NCBI GenBank assembly: GCA_963555995.3
Contig: OY821641.1
Coordinates: 1,216,001-1,280,000 of the forward strand
DNA: 64,000 nucleotides
Source of the DNA: Vicinamibacteria bacterium
GTDB lineage: Bacteria > Acidobacteriota > Vicinamibacteria > Marinacidobacterales > Marinacidobacteraceae
Direction: 5' to 3'
Part shown: positions 51,228 through 60,691 of the stretch, one piece after another
Layout: each line of letters opens with the position of its first letter
Numbering within the stretch: the first letter of the stretch is position 1
The notes under the pieces: model-generated
What the model saw: only the letters and a program-made list of their open reading frames with translations
Databases searched by the model: none
Told to the model about the DNA's origin: nothing
Made by a program: the position numbers and the translations under genes

Positions 51228-52042
51228 GTTCCACTCCGCGCAGCCCAGCTCTCCGGCGCCCACAGTCTCCAGCGAGTGATGAGCCGCGGGCACTCCCGCG
51301 CCGGATCCAGCTTGGTGTTCCCCGAGGTCAGGTGCTGGCGGCAGGATTTCAACAGTTCCGGGCCCGACGGATCGCGTTCGGCGAGAAAGCCCAGCCGCTT
51401 GAAGACCGCGCCGTTGCCGAGCCGGACGGCGTAACGGATCAGGAGGTCGTCGTCGCGGCCGTCCGACTTGAGGTAGACCGAAAGACAGTCCGCCACGTGC
51501 TGGATTCCGCCGCCGAGTTCCGGATCGGCGAGCATGTCCAGGATGGTCCGGTGCACGTCCGCCACCGCGACCCGGGTTCTGCCACGCCAGACGCTGCTGG
51601 TGCCGAAGATCTTCTCCGGGCGGACGTGCGTGAGGCTGAACTCGGCGCCGTGGCGGCGCTGGCTCTTGTGCCGCACCGTTTGAGCCGTCATGACCACGAT
51701 GTCGCGGAAGATCTGCTCGGTGAGATCCCAGTGCTCGGCGGCCGTGCGGCCACCGATGTAGGCCGGGTCAAAGAGAGGCGGCACCAGGATCCACGGATCG
51801 TCCAGCACACGGATGCTGTCGAGCGTGGTGAGTGAGGCGGGGAGGTAGACGCCGCGGGCTGCGCGCCGCAGCCATGCCTGTTTCACCCAGCGCGAGAGCA
51901 GCTTCGCAGCCTCGGCGCGCGACACCTCGAGGGCGTTCACGACGTCGGCTATCCGTACGACGTCACCGGCTTCGTTGAGTACGGCGCTGAGGCGAAGGCG
52001 CGACGCCGGAACGACGGGATCCGAGGTGGTGCTGGTTCTCAT
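51224..52042 (-). CDS. AbiEi type IV antitoxin (wHTH transcriptional regulator)
   Basis: LSRWVKQAWLRRAARGVY, YIGGRTAAEHWDLTEQ, KRLGFLAE; GTGA-coupled to abiEii. Confidence 0.88.
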   Translation of the reverse strand: MRTSTTSDPVVPASRLRLSAVLNEAGDVVRIADVVNALEVSRAEAAKLLSRWVKQAWLRRAARGVYLPASLTTLDSIRVLDDPWILVPPLFDPAYIGGRTAAEHWDLTEQIFRDIVVMTAQTVRHKSQRRHGAEFSLTHVRPEKIFGTSSVWRGRTRVAVADVHRTILDMLADPELGGGIQHVADCLSVYLKSDGRDDDLLIRYAVRLGNGAVFKRLGFLAERDPSGPELLKSCRQHLTSGNTKLDPARECPRLITRWRLWAPESWAARSGT

Positions 52043-52290
52043 TGTCGGCGAATCACGGAGACTGGGTGTGGGCTGGCAGTGGCACTTGCGTTCCGTCGCT
52101 ACTTCGGGCGTTGTGAAAACTATACAACATTGCCAGTTATTCACATTAATTGTGATATTTAGACAGCTTGACATACTCATGGGAGCGTCCTGTCCGGCTC
52201 CACACAACGGTCTATTGCCTTGACCCCCCGAATGCGGGTGGTCCGATCAGGCCGCTTCAGAGCGCGAAGCGCGCGAGTCAGCGCCTTCGA

Positions 52291-52420
52291 TCAGATGCCG
52301 AGCTCTCTCTTCAACTCGTCCGCCGTGTGCGTTCGGGCGGCGGCGCGACCCGCGATTCCTTCCGCGACCGCCCGCACCGCCTCATCGTTCAGCTCCTCCT
52401 CGTCCAGAGGCATCGCCGCC
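52291..52420 (-). pseudogene. Antitoxin fragment (homolog of the 49443 region)
   Basis: Translates MPLDEEELNDEAVRAVAEGIAGRAAARTHTADELKRELGI*. Confidence 0.55.
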
Positions 52421-52712
52421 AAGGGTCGTTCTAATATCGCTTTTCAGTCAAATAGATAAACCACCATTTCACAATGATTTAGCTCGCTTTCCGCTCCTGA
52501 CGAACGCTTCCTGTCAAGGAAACCGGGGCAGTGGGCTCGGGGTTCGGACGGGAGCAACCGGCACCCGGCGGCCGCGCCGCCACCGGACCGGGAGCGGGAC
52601 GTGGTTCAGGCCGAGACTCAGCGCGATCCGCACGGATTCACCTCACCACCGGAGGGCGCCGTCGCCGCGAAGACGACCCTGCCCGACCCCCCTGCCACAA
52701 TACGCCGCCGCC

Positions 52713-55538
52713 ATGCGCCTCTCCTGGAACGAGATCCGCGCCCGCGCGGCGGCCTTCGCCCGGAAGTGGGCGGACGCCGGCTACGAGAAGGGCGAGACGC
52801 AGAGCTTCTACAACGACTTCTTCCGCATCTTCGGGGTGCGCCGGGAGTCCGTCGCCCGCTACGAGGAGCGCGTGGCGAAGCTCGACGACACCAGCGGGTT
52901 CATTGACCTCTTCTGGCCCGGCGTCCTGATCGTCGAGCAGAAGAGCGCGGGCCGCGACCTGGGGGCGGCCTACGAGCAGGCCGGAAGCTACTTCGACGCG
53001 CTCTCCGAGCGCGACCGGCCGCGCTACATCCTGGTGAGCGACTTCCGGCACTTCGAGCTCCACGACCTCCTCCAGCGGGAGGTGGCCGCCTTCCGGCTCG
53101 ACCAGTTGCCGGACCACGCGGAGAAGTTCGGTTTCATCCTCGGGGTCGAGAGCCGGACGTTCCGGGACCAGGACCCGGCGAACATCGAGGCCGCCGAGCT
53201 GGTCGGCCGGCTCCACGACTCGCTACGGGACGCCGGGTATCCGGACCACGACCTCGAACGCTTCCTGGTGCGGATCGTGTTCTGCCTGTTCGCCGACGAC
53301 ACCGGGGTCTTCGAGCCGCGCGACATCCTGCTCGACTTCGTGGAGACGCGGACCCGCCCGGACGGCACCGACCTCGGGCCGCTGCTGATGCAGCTCTTCC
53401 ACGTGCTGAACACGCCCGAAGGGGAGCGCATCGCCACCCTCGACGAGGACCTGGCCCGGTTCCCCTACGTGAACGGGGACCTCTTCGCCGACCCGATCTC
53501 GTTCCCCGCGTTCACGGCGGCGATGCGCGAGCACCTGCTCGCCGCCTGCCGGTTCAACTGGTCGAGCATCTCCCCGGCGATCTTCGGGTCGCTGTTCCAG
53601 TCGGTGATGGACCCGGAGCAGCGCCGCCAGCAGGGCGCGCACTACACCACCGAGCGGAACATCCTGAAGGTCATCGAGCCGCTCTTCCTCGACGATCTCT
53701 GGGGGGAGTTCGCCCGGATCAAGGCGCTCCGCCGCGGGCGGCTCCCGCGGCTGCGCGAGTTCCAGGAGAAGCTCGGCCAGCTCACGTTCTTCGATCCGGC
53801 GTGCGGGTGCGGAAACTTCCTCGTGATCGCCTACCGCGAGCTGCGGCGGCTGGAACTCGCAGTGCTCCGCGAACTGCTGGGGAGCGAGGAGCGGCAGGTC
53901 CTCCAGTTCGACGTGAGTTCGCTGTCCCGGCTCGACGTGGACCGGTTCTACGGGATCGAGATCGGCGAGTTCCCGGCGCGCATTGCCGAGGTGGCGCTCT
54001 GGATGATGGACCACCTGATGAACAACGAGCTCAGCCTCGAGTTCGGCCAGTCCTACGCGCGGATTCCGCTGGAGCGGTCGCCGCACATCCACTGCGGCGA
54101 CGCGCTGGAGATGGACTGGGAGGCGCTGCTGCCGGCGGAGGACTGTTCCTTCGTGTTCGGGAACCCGCCGTTCGGGGGCGCGAAGTTCCAGTCGGCGGAG
54201 CAGCGGGCGCAGGTCCGGCGGATCGCGGCGCTCGGCGGCACCGGCGGGACGCTCGACTACGTGACCGCGTGGTTCATCAGGGCAGGGGAGTACGTCGGCC
54301 GGAGCGGCCCGCCGGGCGAGCGGGCGCGGATCGGCTTCGTGGCGACGAACTCGATCACCCAGGGCGAGCAGGTGGCGCAGCTCTGGCCGATCCTGTTCGG
54401 GCGCTCGGGGCTGGAGATCGCCTTCGCGCACCGGACGTTCGCGTGGGGCTCGGACGCGCGGGGGATGGCGCACGTGCACGTGGTCATCATCGGGCTGGAC
54501 GACCGGGAGGGGGTTCCGGCGGCGCGGCGGCTGTTCTCGTACGACGACGTGAAGGGCGATCCGCACGAGAGCGCGCACGCGGTGTTGTCGCCGTATTTGT
54601 TCGATGCGGGCGGGTTGGCCGATCCGCACTTGGTGGTGCGGGAGGAGAGCCGGCCGATCAACGGTATGGCGCAGTTGGTGACAGGTACCCAGCCGCTCGA
54701 AGACGGTCACCTCACGTTCTCGGCTGACGAGAGGGCGGACTTCCTATCTCAAGAGCCGGCTGCCGCGTCCCTCCTTCGTCTGTTCCCCGGAGCACGTGAG
54801 TTCATTCGGAGTCGGACTCGTTGGATCCTTCACACTGGCGACCTGGAGCCGCAGGAACTCCGCGCGCTACCACTCGTGCGCGAGCGCCTGAGATTGGTCC
54901 GCGAGTTCCGCTCGAAGAGCAAGCGCACTACGACGAGGAAACTCGCGGACTACCCGAGCATGTACGGTGTCACCGTGGTTCCGAACGCACCCTTCCTTGT
55001 GGTGCCCCAGGTGAGTTCAGAGCGGCGCGAGTACGTGCCGATCGGTTGGTTGGAGCCTCCCACGATCCCGAGTGAAAAGCTGCGCCTCCTTCTCGATGCG
55101 TCCCTCGCTGACTTCGCTCTGCTGACCTCGGCGATGCATATGGCATGGATGCGCGCGGTCACCGGCCGAATGAAGAGCGACTACATGTATTCAGTAGGAG
55201 TCGTCTACAACACCTTCCCGTTGCCCCCGAAGGAGGCAGACCGAGCTCCGCTCGAACCGCTCGCCCAAGCCGTCCTCGACGCCCGCGCGGCCCATCCCGG
55301 CGCGACGCTCGCCGACCTCTACGACCCGGACCTGATGCCGGTGGATCTCCGCCGAGCCCACCAGGCGCTCGACCGCGCCGTGGACCGCCTCTACCGCCCC
55401 CGCCCGTTCCCCTCCGAACGCGACCGCGTCGAGCACCTCTTCACCCTCTACGAACGCCTCCGCGCCCCCCTGACCGTCGCCACCACCAAGAAAAAACGCC
55501 CCCGCCGCCGCCGAACCGTCCGGGCCTCCCCCCGCTGA
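52713..55538 (+). CDS. MmeI-like type IIL/IIG restriction-modification enzyme (nuclease-m6A MTase-TRD)
   Basis: IDLFWPGVLIVEQK, GAHYT, FFDPACGCGNFL, GNPPF, GRMKSDYMYS, LADLYDP. Confidence 0.9.
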   Translation: MRLSWNEIRARAAAFARKWADAGYEKGETQSFYNDFFRIFGVRRESVARYEERVAKLDDTSGFIDLFWPGVLIVEQKSAGRDLGAAYEQAGSYFDALSERDRPRYILVSDFRHFELHDLLQREVAAFRLDQLPDHAEKFGFILGVESRTFRDQDPANIEAAELVGRLHDSLRDAGYPDHDLERFLVRIVFCLFADDTGVFEPRDILLDFVETRTRPDGTDLGPLLMQLFHVLNTPEGERIATLDEDLARFPYVNGDLFADPISFPAFTAAMREHLLAACRFNWSSISPAIFGSLFQSVMDPEQRRQQGAHYTTERNILKVIEPLFLDDLWGEFARIKALRRGRLPRLREFQEKLGQLTFFDPACGCGNFLVIAYRELRRLELAVLRELLGSEERQVLQFDVSSLSRLDVDRFYGIEIGEFPARIAEVALWMMDHLMNNELSLEFGQSYARIPLERSPHIHCGDALEMDWEALLPAEDCSFVFGNPPFGGAKFQSAEQRAQVRRIAALGGTGGTLDYVTAWFIRAGEYVGRSGPPGERARIGFVATNSITQGEQVAQLWPILFGRSGLEIAFAHRTFAWGSDARGMAHVHVVIIGLDDREGVPAARRLFSYDDVKGDPHESAHAVLSPYLFDAGGLADPHLVVREESRPINGMAQLVTGTQPLEDGHLTFSADERADFLSQEPAAASLLRLFPGAREFIRSRTRWILHTGDLEPQELRALPLVRERLRLVREFRSKSKRTTTRKLADYPSMYGVTVVPNAPFLVVPQVSSERREYVPIGWLEPPTIPSEKLRLLLDASLADFALLTSAMHMAWMRAVTGRMKSDYMYSVGVVYNTFPLPPKEADRAPLEPLAQAVLDARAAHPGATLADLYDPDLMPVDLRRAHQALDRAVDRLYRPRPFPSERDRVEHLFTLYERLRAPLTVATTKKKRPRRRRTVRASPR

Positions 55539-55667
55539 AGAGTCCGGGAATGGCCCCCGGCGACAATCGGCCTTCAATGAGCGTCAGGCGTGGGACGCTC
55601 CGCGGAGAGGACGGACCGCAGACATTCCGCGTTGGGTCAACGGGTCCGTGGCGTCCGGCGTGAGCAC

Positions 55668-56582
55668 TCAGGTTGGATTAGGCGGTGCCGACGCGGAATG
55701 CACTTCCGCGAGGTCCTTCGAAGCGGATTTTGCATCTCGTATCGCGGTCTCAACCTCGTCAAGATTGTCCAGCCTGATCTGGGCACGGGCAGGCTCTAGA
55801 TCTTCGATGTCGAGATTCATGCGTTTGATGAAGTAGTACGCGAGCGACAGCCGCACTTCGAACTCTCGTACACCTTCGTGCATGCCGTAGTCCCGCTGGA
55901 TCGCCAAGCTCTGCTCTTCGGTCAAGCCCGGGTGCGGAGACAGCCGCAACGTGGTCTTTCGCGTCCACTGAAGATCGTGTTTCGGATCGAAGGAAACGGG
56001 TTTGAACGGCCCCAACCGCTCGATGCGCGTCAGGACGAAATCCCGGAACTCCTGCCGATCGCAGCACCATGCCCGGGCGTGCCACCGATGACCGTCAAAC
56101 GCGATTGCGTGCGGCGCGATGTCTCGCCAGCGTGAGCCGGTCAGTGACTGGTAGTGAACCGAGAGAGCCCGGCGGGTTCGAATGGCCTGGATGACCCCGC
56201 GCAGCACTTCGTCTGGGACATTCCGGCCCATTTCGGGCGCAACGTCAGCGGGCGGTATCTCGCTGAACCAGAGATCCTCGCGTCGGAGCACACCGCTCGC
56301 CCGAGCGCGAAGCTGATGCAGCAGGCGATTGGCGGAGACGCGAAGGAAGCGTGGCTTCATCTCGCTGTGGGCGACGAACCGCTTCTGCGTGGCGTCGTAC
56401 CGGATGTTGGCGCCGGCGACCTCCCTGTAGTGTCGGAGGTCGACCGAGGCCTGTGGGGTCGAGATCCCGAACTGCTCTTCGAGATCGCTGCGATTGAGGC
56501 GCCCCTCCCAGAAGAGCCGCCATTCGATGAACTCCAGGCGGGGGCGGAGGTTGCGGCCGGGAGGCCCGGTTGGATCGGACAT
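55668..56582 (-). CDS. capW: WYL-domain transcriptional repressor, CapW-like
   Basis: RLEFIEWRLFWEGRLNRSDL...IAPHAIAFDGHRWHARAWC...FRDFVLTRI; divergent from CBASS. Confidence 0.85.
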   Translation of the reverse strand: MSDPTGPPGRNLRPRLEFIEWRLFWEGRLNRSDLEEQFGISTPQASVDLRHYREVAGANIRYDATQKRFVAHSEMKPRFLRVSANRLLHQLRARASGVLRREDLWFSEIPPADVAPEMGRNVPDEVLRGVIQAIRTRRALSVHYQSLTGSRWRDIAPHAIAFDGHRWHARAWCCDRQEFRDFVLTRIERLGPFKPVSFDPKHDLQWTRKTTLRLSPHPGLTEEQSLAIQRDYGMHEGVREFEVRLSLAYYFIKRMNLDIEDLEPARAQIRLDNLDEVETAIRDAKSASKDLAEVHSASAPPNPT

Positions 56583-56593
56583 GAGACAACCCC

Positions 56594-56633
56594 TATTGAT
56601 TCTTGACTGGTATATTGATTAGACTGGTATAAT
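56594..56633. promoter_or_regulatory. AT-rich divergent capW/CBASS promoter with direct repeat GACTGGTATA
   Basis: GACTGGTATA at 56605 and 56622; TTGACT at 56603 and TATAAT at 56628 (19-bp spacer). Confidence 0.6.
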
Positions 56634-56716
56634 CCCACTACGGGTGCCGAGGATCGCGGATTTCGCGATTCAGGTCAAGTCTCGACCCTGACCATCCGTG
56701 TATCTGGAGGACGAAA

Positions 56717-57682
56717 ATGAGTCGAAATCATGTGTCGCACCGCGAAATCGCGCGGTTCGCCGCTGACCGCGTGAACCTCCCGAAGGCCAAGGCCGACGAG
56801 TACCGAGCGCAGGCGCGCAGGTTGCGTGAGAAGCTTGAGAGCTATCTCGATGGGCATCCCGACTTCACTTTGCGAAAGATGCGGCTGTCCGGCAGCTTGG
56901 CGAAGGGAACGGCGCTCCGGTCGTTGAACGACATTGACGTCGCCTGCTACGTCAGCGGGGCCGAAGCACCGACGGAGGTCGAGACGCTTCTGGAATACAT
57001 CGCCGAACGGCTGCGCCGTGCCTTTCCGAATTTTTCGCCGGACCAAGTTCAGCCGCAGACCTATTCGATTACGGTTTCGTTCAGGGGAAGCGGCCTGGAT
57101 GTCGATGTCGTGCCGATCCTCTACGATGGGGATCCGCAGTGGTACGGCAACCTCGTCAGCCAGGACGACGGTTCTTTGCTCAAGACCAGCATCCCGCTTC
57201 ACCTTGAGTTCGTCAAGAAGCGCAAGGAGGCGCAAGAGAAGGACTTCGCCCAAGTCGTGCGTCTCGCGAAGTTCTGGGCTCGTCGCTTGAAGCTCGAACA
57301 GGAAGGTTTCCGGTTCAAGTCGTTCATGGTGGAGCTGATTCTAGCCAAGCTCTGCGACGACGGCCTGGACTTCAGTGACTATCCAGAAGCGCTGCAGCAC
57401 TTCTTCACATACCTTGCCCGTACGAATCTGTGCGAGCAGATTGTGTTTTCGGATTACTACAAGCCGTCCTCGGTGGAGAAGTCCACCGATGTGATCCAGA
57501 TCGTTGATCCCGTAAACGCCGAGAACAATGTTGCCCGGCTCTACACGTCGGAAAACGCAGAGGCGATCGGCGACGCGGCTGACGACGCTGGCGACGCCAT
57601 CGATGCAGCCCTCCGGGCCCCAACCAAACAGCTGACCGTCGGCTACTGGCAGAGGGTCTTCGGCTCTTCCTTCCACGTCTGA
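56717..57682 (+). CDS. CBASS CD-NTase (cyclic oligonucleotide synthase)
   Basis: SGSLAKGTALRSLNDIDV, LDVDVVP, KSFMVEL, DPVNAENNVA. Confidence 0.92.
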   Translation: MSRNHVSHREIARFAADRVNLPKAKADEYRAQARRLREKLESYLDGHPDFTLRKMRLSGSLAKGTALRSLNDIDVACYVSGAEAPTEVETLLEYIAERLRRAFPNFSPDQVQPQTYSITVSFRGSGLDVDVVPILYDGDPQWYGNLVSQDDGSLLKTSIPLHLEFVKKRKEAQEKDFAQVVRLAKFWARRLKLEQEGFRFKSFMVELILAKLCDDGLDFSDYPEALQHFFTYLARTNLCEQIVFSDYYKPSSVEKSTDVIQIVDPVNAENNVARLYTSENAEAIGDAADDAGDAIDAALRAPTKQLTVGYWQRVFGSSFHV

Positions 57683-57691
57683 GGTCATCCC

Positions 57692-58204
57692 ATGTCCTAC
57701 AGTTTCTCGGTCACTGAAAGCTCCGTCTTCACCATAACGCATGCGCGCCACATTGCCGCCAAAGTCGCCACGGACCTGAAACGATTCCAGCGGTATTACG
57801 GCTGGCCCGGGGACGTCTTGATCAACGCCTTTGAGAAGGAGGTGATCGCCTTGATGAAGGCGGGTTATCTCGAAACCGTGTGGTACGGCTTCAAGCGCGG
57901 CGGATGCTGGATTGAGCCCACACTAAAGTACACCGCGCGCGATCTGTACGGTGAATCCACGGATGACGACCCGGGGAGGATTCTTCGACGTGCCGATATT
58001 TCTGGTGCTAGCTTTTCCAGTTTCCTCACCTACAGCGCGGCTTGGTACGACCTGACGCCGAGTGCACGGGACGCATTTGAGAAGAATTTGCCGTTCCGTC
58101 GCACAGCGGCACCTGAACCAGGGGTCAGCGGTTATATGTTGCCTGATCGAACATATTCCTCGGGTTCGCGTGCGCTCGATCGGGCCAGCGTGCGAAGCTT
58201 CTGA
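57692..58204 (+). CDS. Bacterial HORMA domain protein (Cap7-like)
   Basis: FTITHARHIAAKVATDLKRFQRYYG; located between the CD-NTase and the TRIP13-like ATPase. Confidence 0.85.
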   Translation: MSYSFSVTESSVFTITHARHIAAKVATDLKRFQRYYGWPGDVLINAFEKEVIALMKAGYLETVWYGFKRGGCWIEPTLKYTARDLYGESTDDDPGRILRRADISGASFSSFLTYSAAWYDLTPSARDAFEKNLPFRRTAAPEPGVSGYMLPDRTYSSGSRALDRASVRSF

Positions 58205-59151
58205 TGACAAGACCGCCGACCGTTGACGAACTCTTCGAGCGCCGGATTACCTATCCGGACATCGATCTACAGGAGCGCCTTACACGGCTTGTCGGCCTTG
58301 ATGAACACAAGAGCCGTCTGACCAAAATCCTGGGGCTTCTCGTCAACCCGGGTGGTCTTCAGGCCTGGGCGCGGGAGCACCAACCTGGAGCAGAAAACCT
58401 GATCGAGTCGGTGCTCCGGCGGCCGCCTCTCGTCGTGCTCGCCGGAGATGTGGGCTCGGGCAAGACCGAACTTGCCGAAACTATCGGCGACGCCGTGGCG
58501 CGCCAGGAGAGGATTGAAATCACGCTGCTGCCGCTGAGCTTGTCGGCTCGGGGACAGGGGCGGGTCGGCGAAATGACGCAGCTGCTCTCAGCGGCTTTTG
58601 AAATCACGGTAGCGGAAGCTTCCAAACGGAAGTGCACGTCGGGATGTGCACGTGGCGCGGTCATCCTACTCGTCGATGAGGCGGATGCGCTCGCACAGTC
58701 GAGAGAGGCGTCGCAGATGCATCACGAAGACCGCGCGGGCGTCAACGCGTTTATCCGCGGCATTGACCGGATCGCCAATGCCAGATTGCCTGCAGCAGTA
58801 ATCATGTGCACAAACCGTCTCGATGCCCTGGACCCAGCCGTGCGCCGTCGGGCGGCGGACATCCTCGCGTTCTCCCGGCCGACCGAAGAGCAACGCATGG
58901 TCATTCTGAAGACCGGCCTCGGGCCGATCGGAATGGCCGGCGAGCATATCGACGCGCTAGTCGAAGCGACCGGGCCGATCCAGGGCCGGTGTGAGCACGG
59001 TTTCACTTTCTCCGATCTTCTGCAGCGGTTGCTACCGACGCTCGTTCTCGACGCGTATCCCTCGGGTCCCATTGATGGTGAGCGAGCTGTCCAAATCGCG
59101 CGCGCAATGCGACCGACGCCCCCTTTCCGGGGCACGAGTGGAGCCGTATGA
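58204..59151 (+). CDS. TRIP13/Pch2-like AAA+ ATPase (Cap6)
   Basis: GDVGSGKTE, LVDEADALAQSR, TNRLDALDPAVRRR. Confidence 0.88.
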   Translation: MTRPPTVDELFERRITYPDIDLQERLTRLVGLDEHKSRLTKILGLLVNPGGLQAWAREHQPGAENLIESVLRRPPLVVLAGDVGSGKTELAETIGDAVARQERIEITLLPLSLSARGQGRVGEMTQLLSAAFEITVAEASKRKCTSGCARGAVILLVDEADALAQSREASQMHHEDRAGVNAFIRGIDRIANARLPAAVIMCTNRLDALDPAVRRRAADILAFSRPTEEQRMVILKTGLGPIGMAGEHIDALVEATGPIQGRCEHGFTFSDLLQRLLPTLVLDAYPSGPIDGERAVQIARAMRPTPPFRGTSGAV

Positions 59152-59161
59152 GGACGCACAA

Positions 59162-60691
59162 ATGACGCAGGCCGTCGCAGTTCGGCGGGACGGAGACACG
59201 TTCCAGGCAAGGCAGTTCTGGCTTCGTGCCGCACGTCTCCTAGACCCTCAAAATCGTGTGGCTCGTGTCGGTTTCGAAAGTGGTCCGAAGAGTTTCGACG
59301 ACATCTGGATCGAGTACGAGGAGGGCCAGGAACCAAACGCTCATGACGGGGCTCCTTTGCGTCGCGAACATCTGCAATGCAAGTGGCACGTCAGGCCAGG
59401 TACGTATGGGTACGCCGATCTGATCGAGCCCAAATTCATCAATGCCAGCGCACTCTCGCTGCTTCAGCGCGCGTACGAGGCCCAGTTGGAGCACGCGCCG
59501 GCCGGAACGGGTGCTCGCTTCAAGTTGGTTACGAACTGGCAAATCGATCGCGGGGATCCGCTCCGCCCGATGGTAAGCACCCGGTCGGGGGGCATGCGTC
59601 TGGACCGTCTCTACCGGTCGAAGACCGACAACAGCAAGGACGGTGCGATCCGAAAGGCGTGGCGCGAGCATCTCGGGATCGACGAGGGTGCACTCAGGGT
59701 ACTGGCGCGGACGCTCGCCTTCGGTGAGGTCTCGGAGACACTGGAAGACCTCCGCGAACGTCTTGACGAGGTATTTGCCGTGGTGGGCCTGGCTAGGGTG
59801 CCGCCGAAACAGAGTACGGTGATTTACGACGATCTGGTTTTCCGGTGGATGGCGCAGGGTCGCACTGAGTTTGACCGCGAGTCCTTCCGGGATGCATGTG
59901 CGCGGGAGGGTCTGCTGAGGCCCTCCGAGAACCGGCCTCGTGTCTATGGCGTGAAGTCCTTCGAACATGCCCTCGACCGACTTGAAGAGCGTTGCTCTGA
60001 TGTTCTCGATCTCGTACCGGTCTTCGACCAGCGGTACATTCGCAATGATGCCGAGTGGCGGACGAGGCTCTATCCCGAGCTCGAGGCATTTCTACGCGGT
60101 GCGGCACGGGATGGACGACGCTTACGTCTTGCTCTCGACGCACATACGACTCTGGCATTCGCGGCCGGTTCGGTGCTGAATATCAAGTCAGGCCGTAACG
60201 TAGAGTTGGAACAGCGAACGTTGGGACGACGCGTGTGGGCTGCGGATGACATGCCGCCGGATCCAGAATGGCCGACTTTGCGCGAGTCCGTTCAGAATTT
60301 GGATCGAGATCAAGTCGATCTCGCCGTCGCTCTCAGCATCACACATGATATCTCGGATGACGTTCGACAGTATGTCGATGCGCATCTTCATTGTGTGGGA
60401 AAAATCCTGAACCTTTGTCCGACGGGTGGGGCAAGTGCACAGGTTGTCGCGTGTGGCCGGCATGCATTCGATCTGGTGCAAGCCGCCAAGGCGGCTATTC
60501 GGAGGGCGAAGGTGCAGCGCGGGCGACCGAGTACAACGCATGTGTTCGTGGCAGGGCCGAACGCGCTCACGTTCTTCCTCGGGCAGCAACAACCCGCTCT
60601 CGGACGGGTCCGCCTGTACGAGTTTGACTTCGAAGATGGCCGGGGCGGATCGTACAGCGCGTCGCTGACGCTTCCGTTACCAGGGCAATAA
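59162..60691 (+). CDS. CBASS effector: endonuclease-like N-terminus plus SAVED (Cap4-like)
   Basis: FDDIWIEY...HLQCKWH nuclease-like motif; SAVED motifs AHTTLAFAAG, LSITHDI, HVFVAGPNALTFFLGQ. Confidence 0.85.
   Translation: MTQAVAVRRDGDTFQARQFWLRAARLLDPQNRVARVGFESGPKSFDDIWIEYEEGQEPNAHDGAPLRREHLQCKWHVRPGTYGYADLIEPKFINASALSLLQRAYEAQLEHAPAGTGARFKLVTNWQIDRGDPLRPMVSTRSGGMRLDRLYRSKTDNSKDGAIRKAWREHLGIDEGALRVLARTLAFGEVSETLEDLRERLDEVFAVVGLARVPPKQSTVIYDDLVFRWMAQGRTEFDRESFRDACAREGLLRPSENRPRVYGVKSFEHALDRLEERCSDVLDLVPVFDQRYIRNDAEWRTRLYPELEAFLRGAARDGRRLRLALDAHTTLAFAAGSVLNIKSGRNVELEQRTLGRRVWAADDMPPDPEWPTLRESVQNLDRDQVDLAVALSITHDISDDVRQYVDAHLHCVGKILNLCPTGGASAQVVACGRHAFDLVQAAKAAIRRAKVQRGRPSTTHVFVAGPNALTFFLGQQQPALGRVRLYEFDFEDGRGGSYSASLTLPLPGQ

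Noticed and set aside
44294-52160. Link between the array core TGTGA and CRP sites or the AbiEi palindrome
   Set aside because: Only 5-6 bp are shared, and the array motifs are direct repeats without the inverted half-site.
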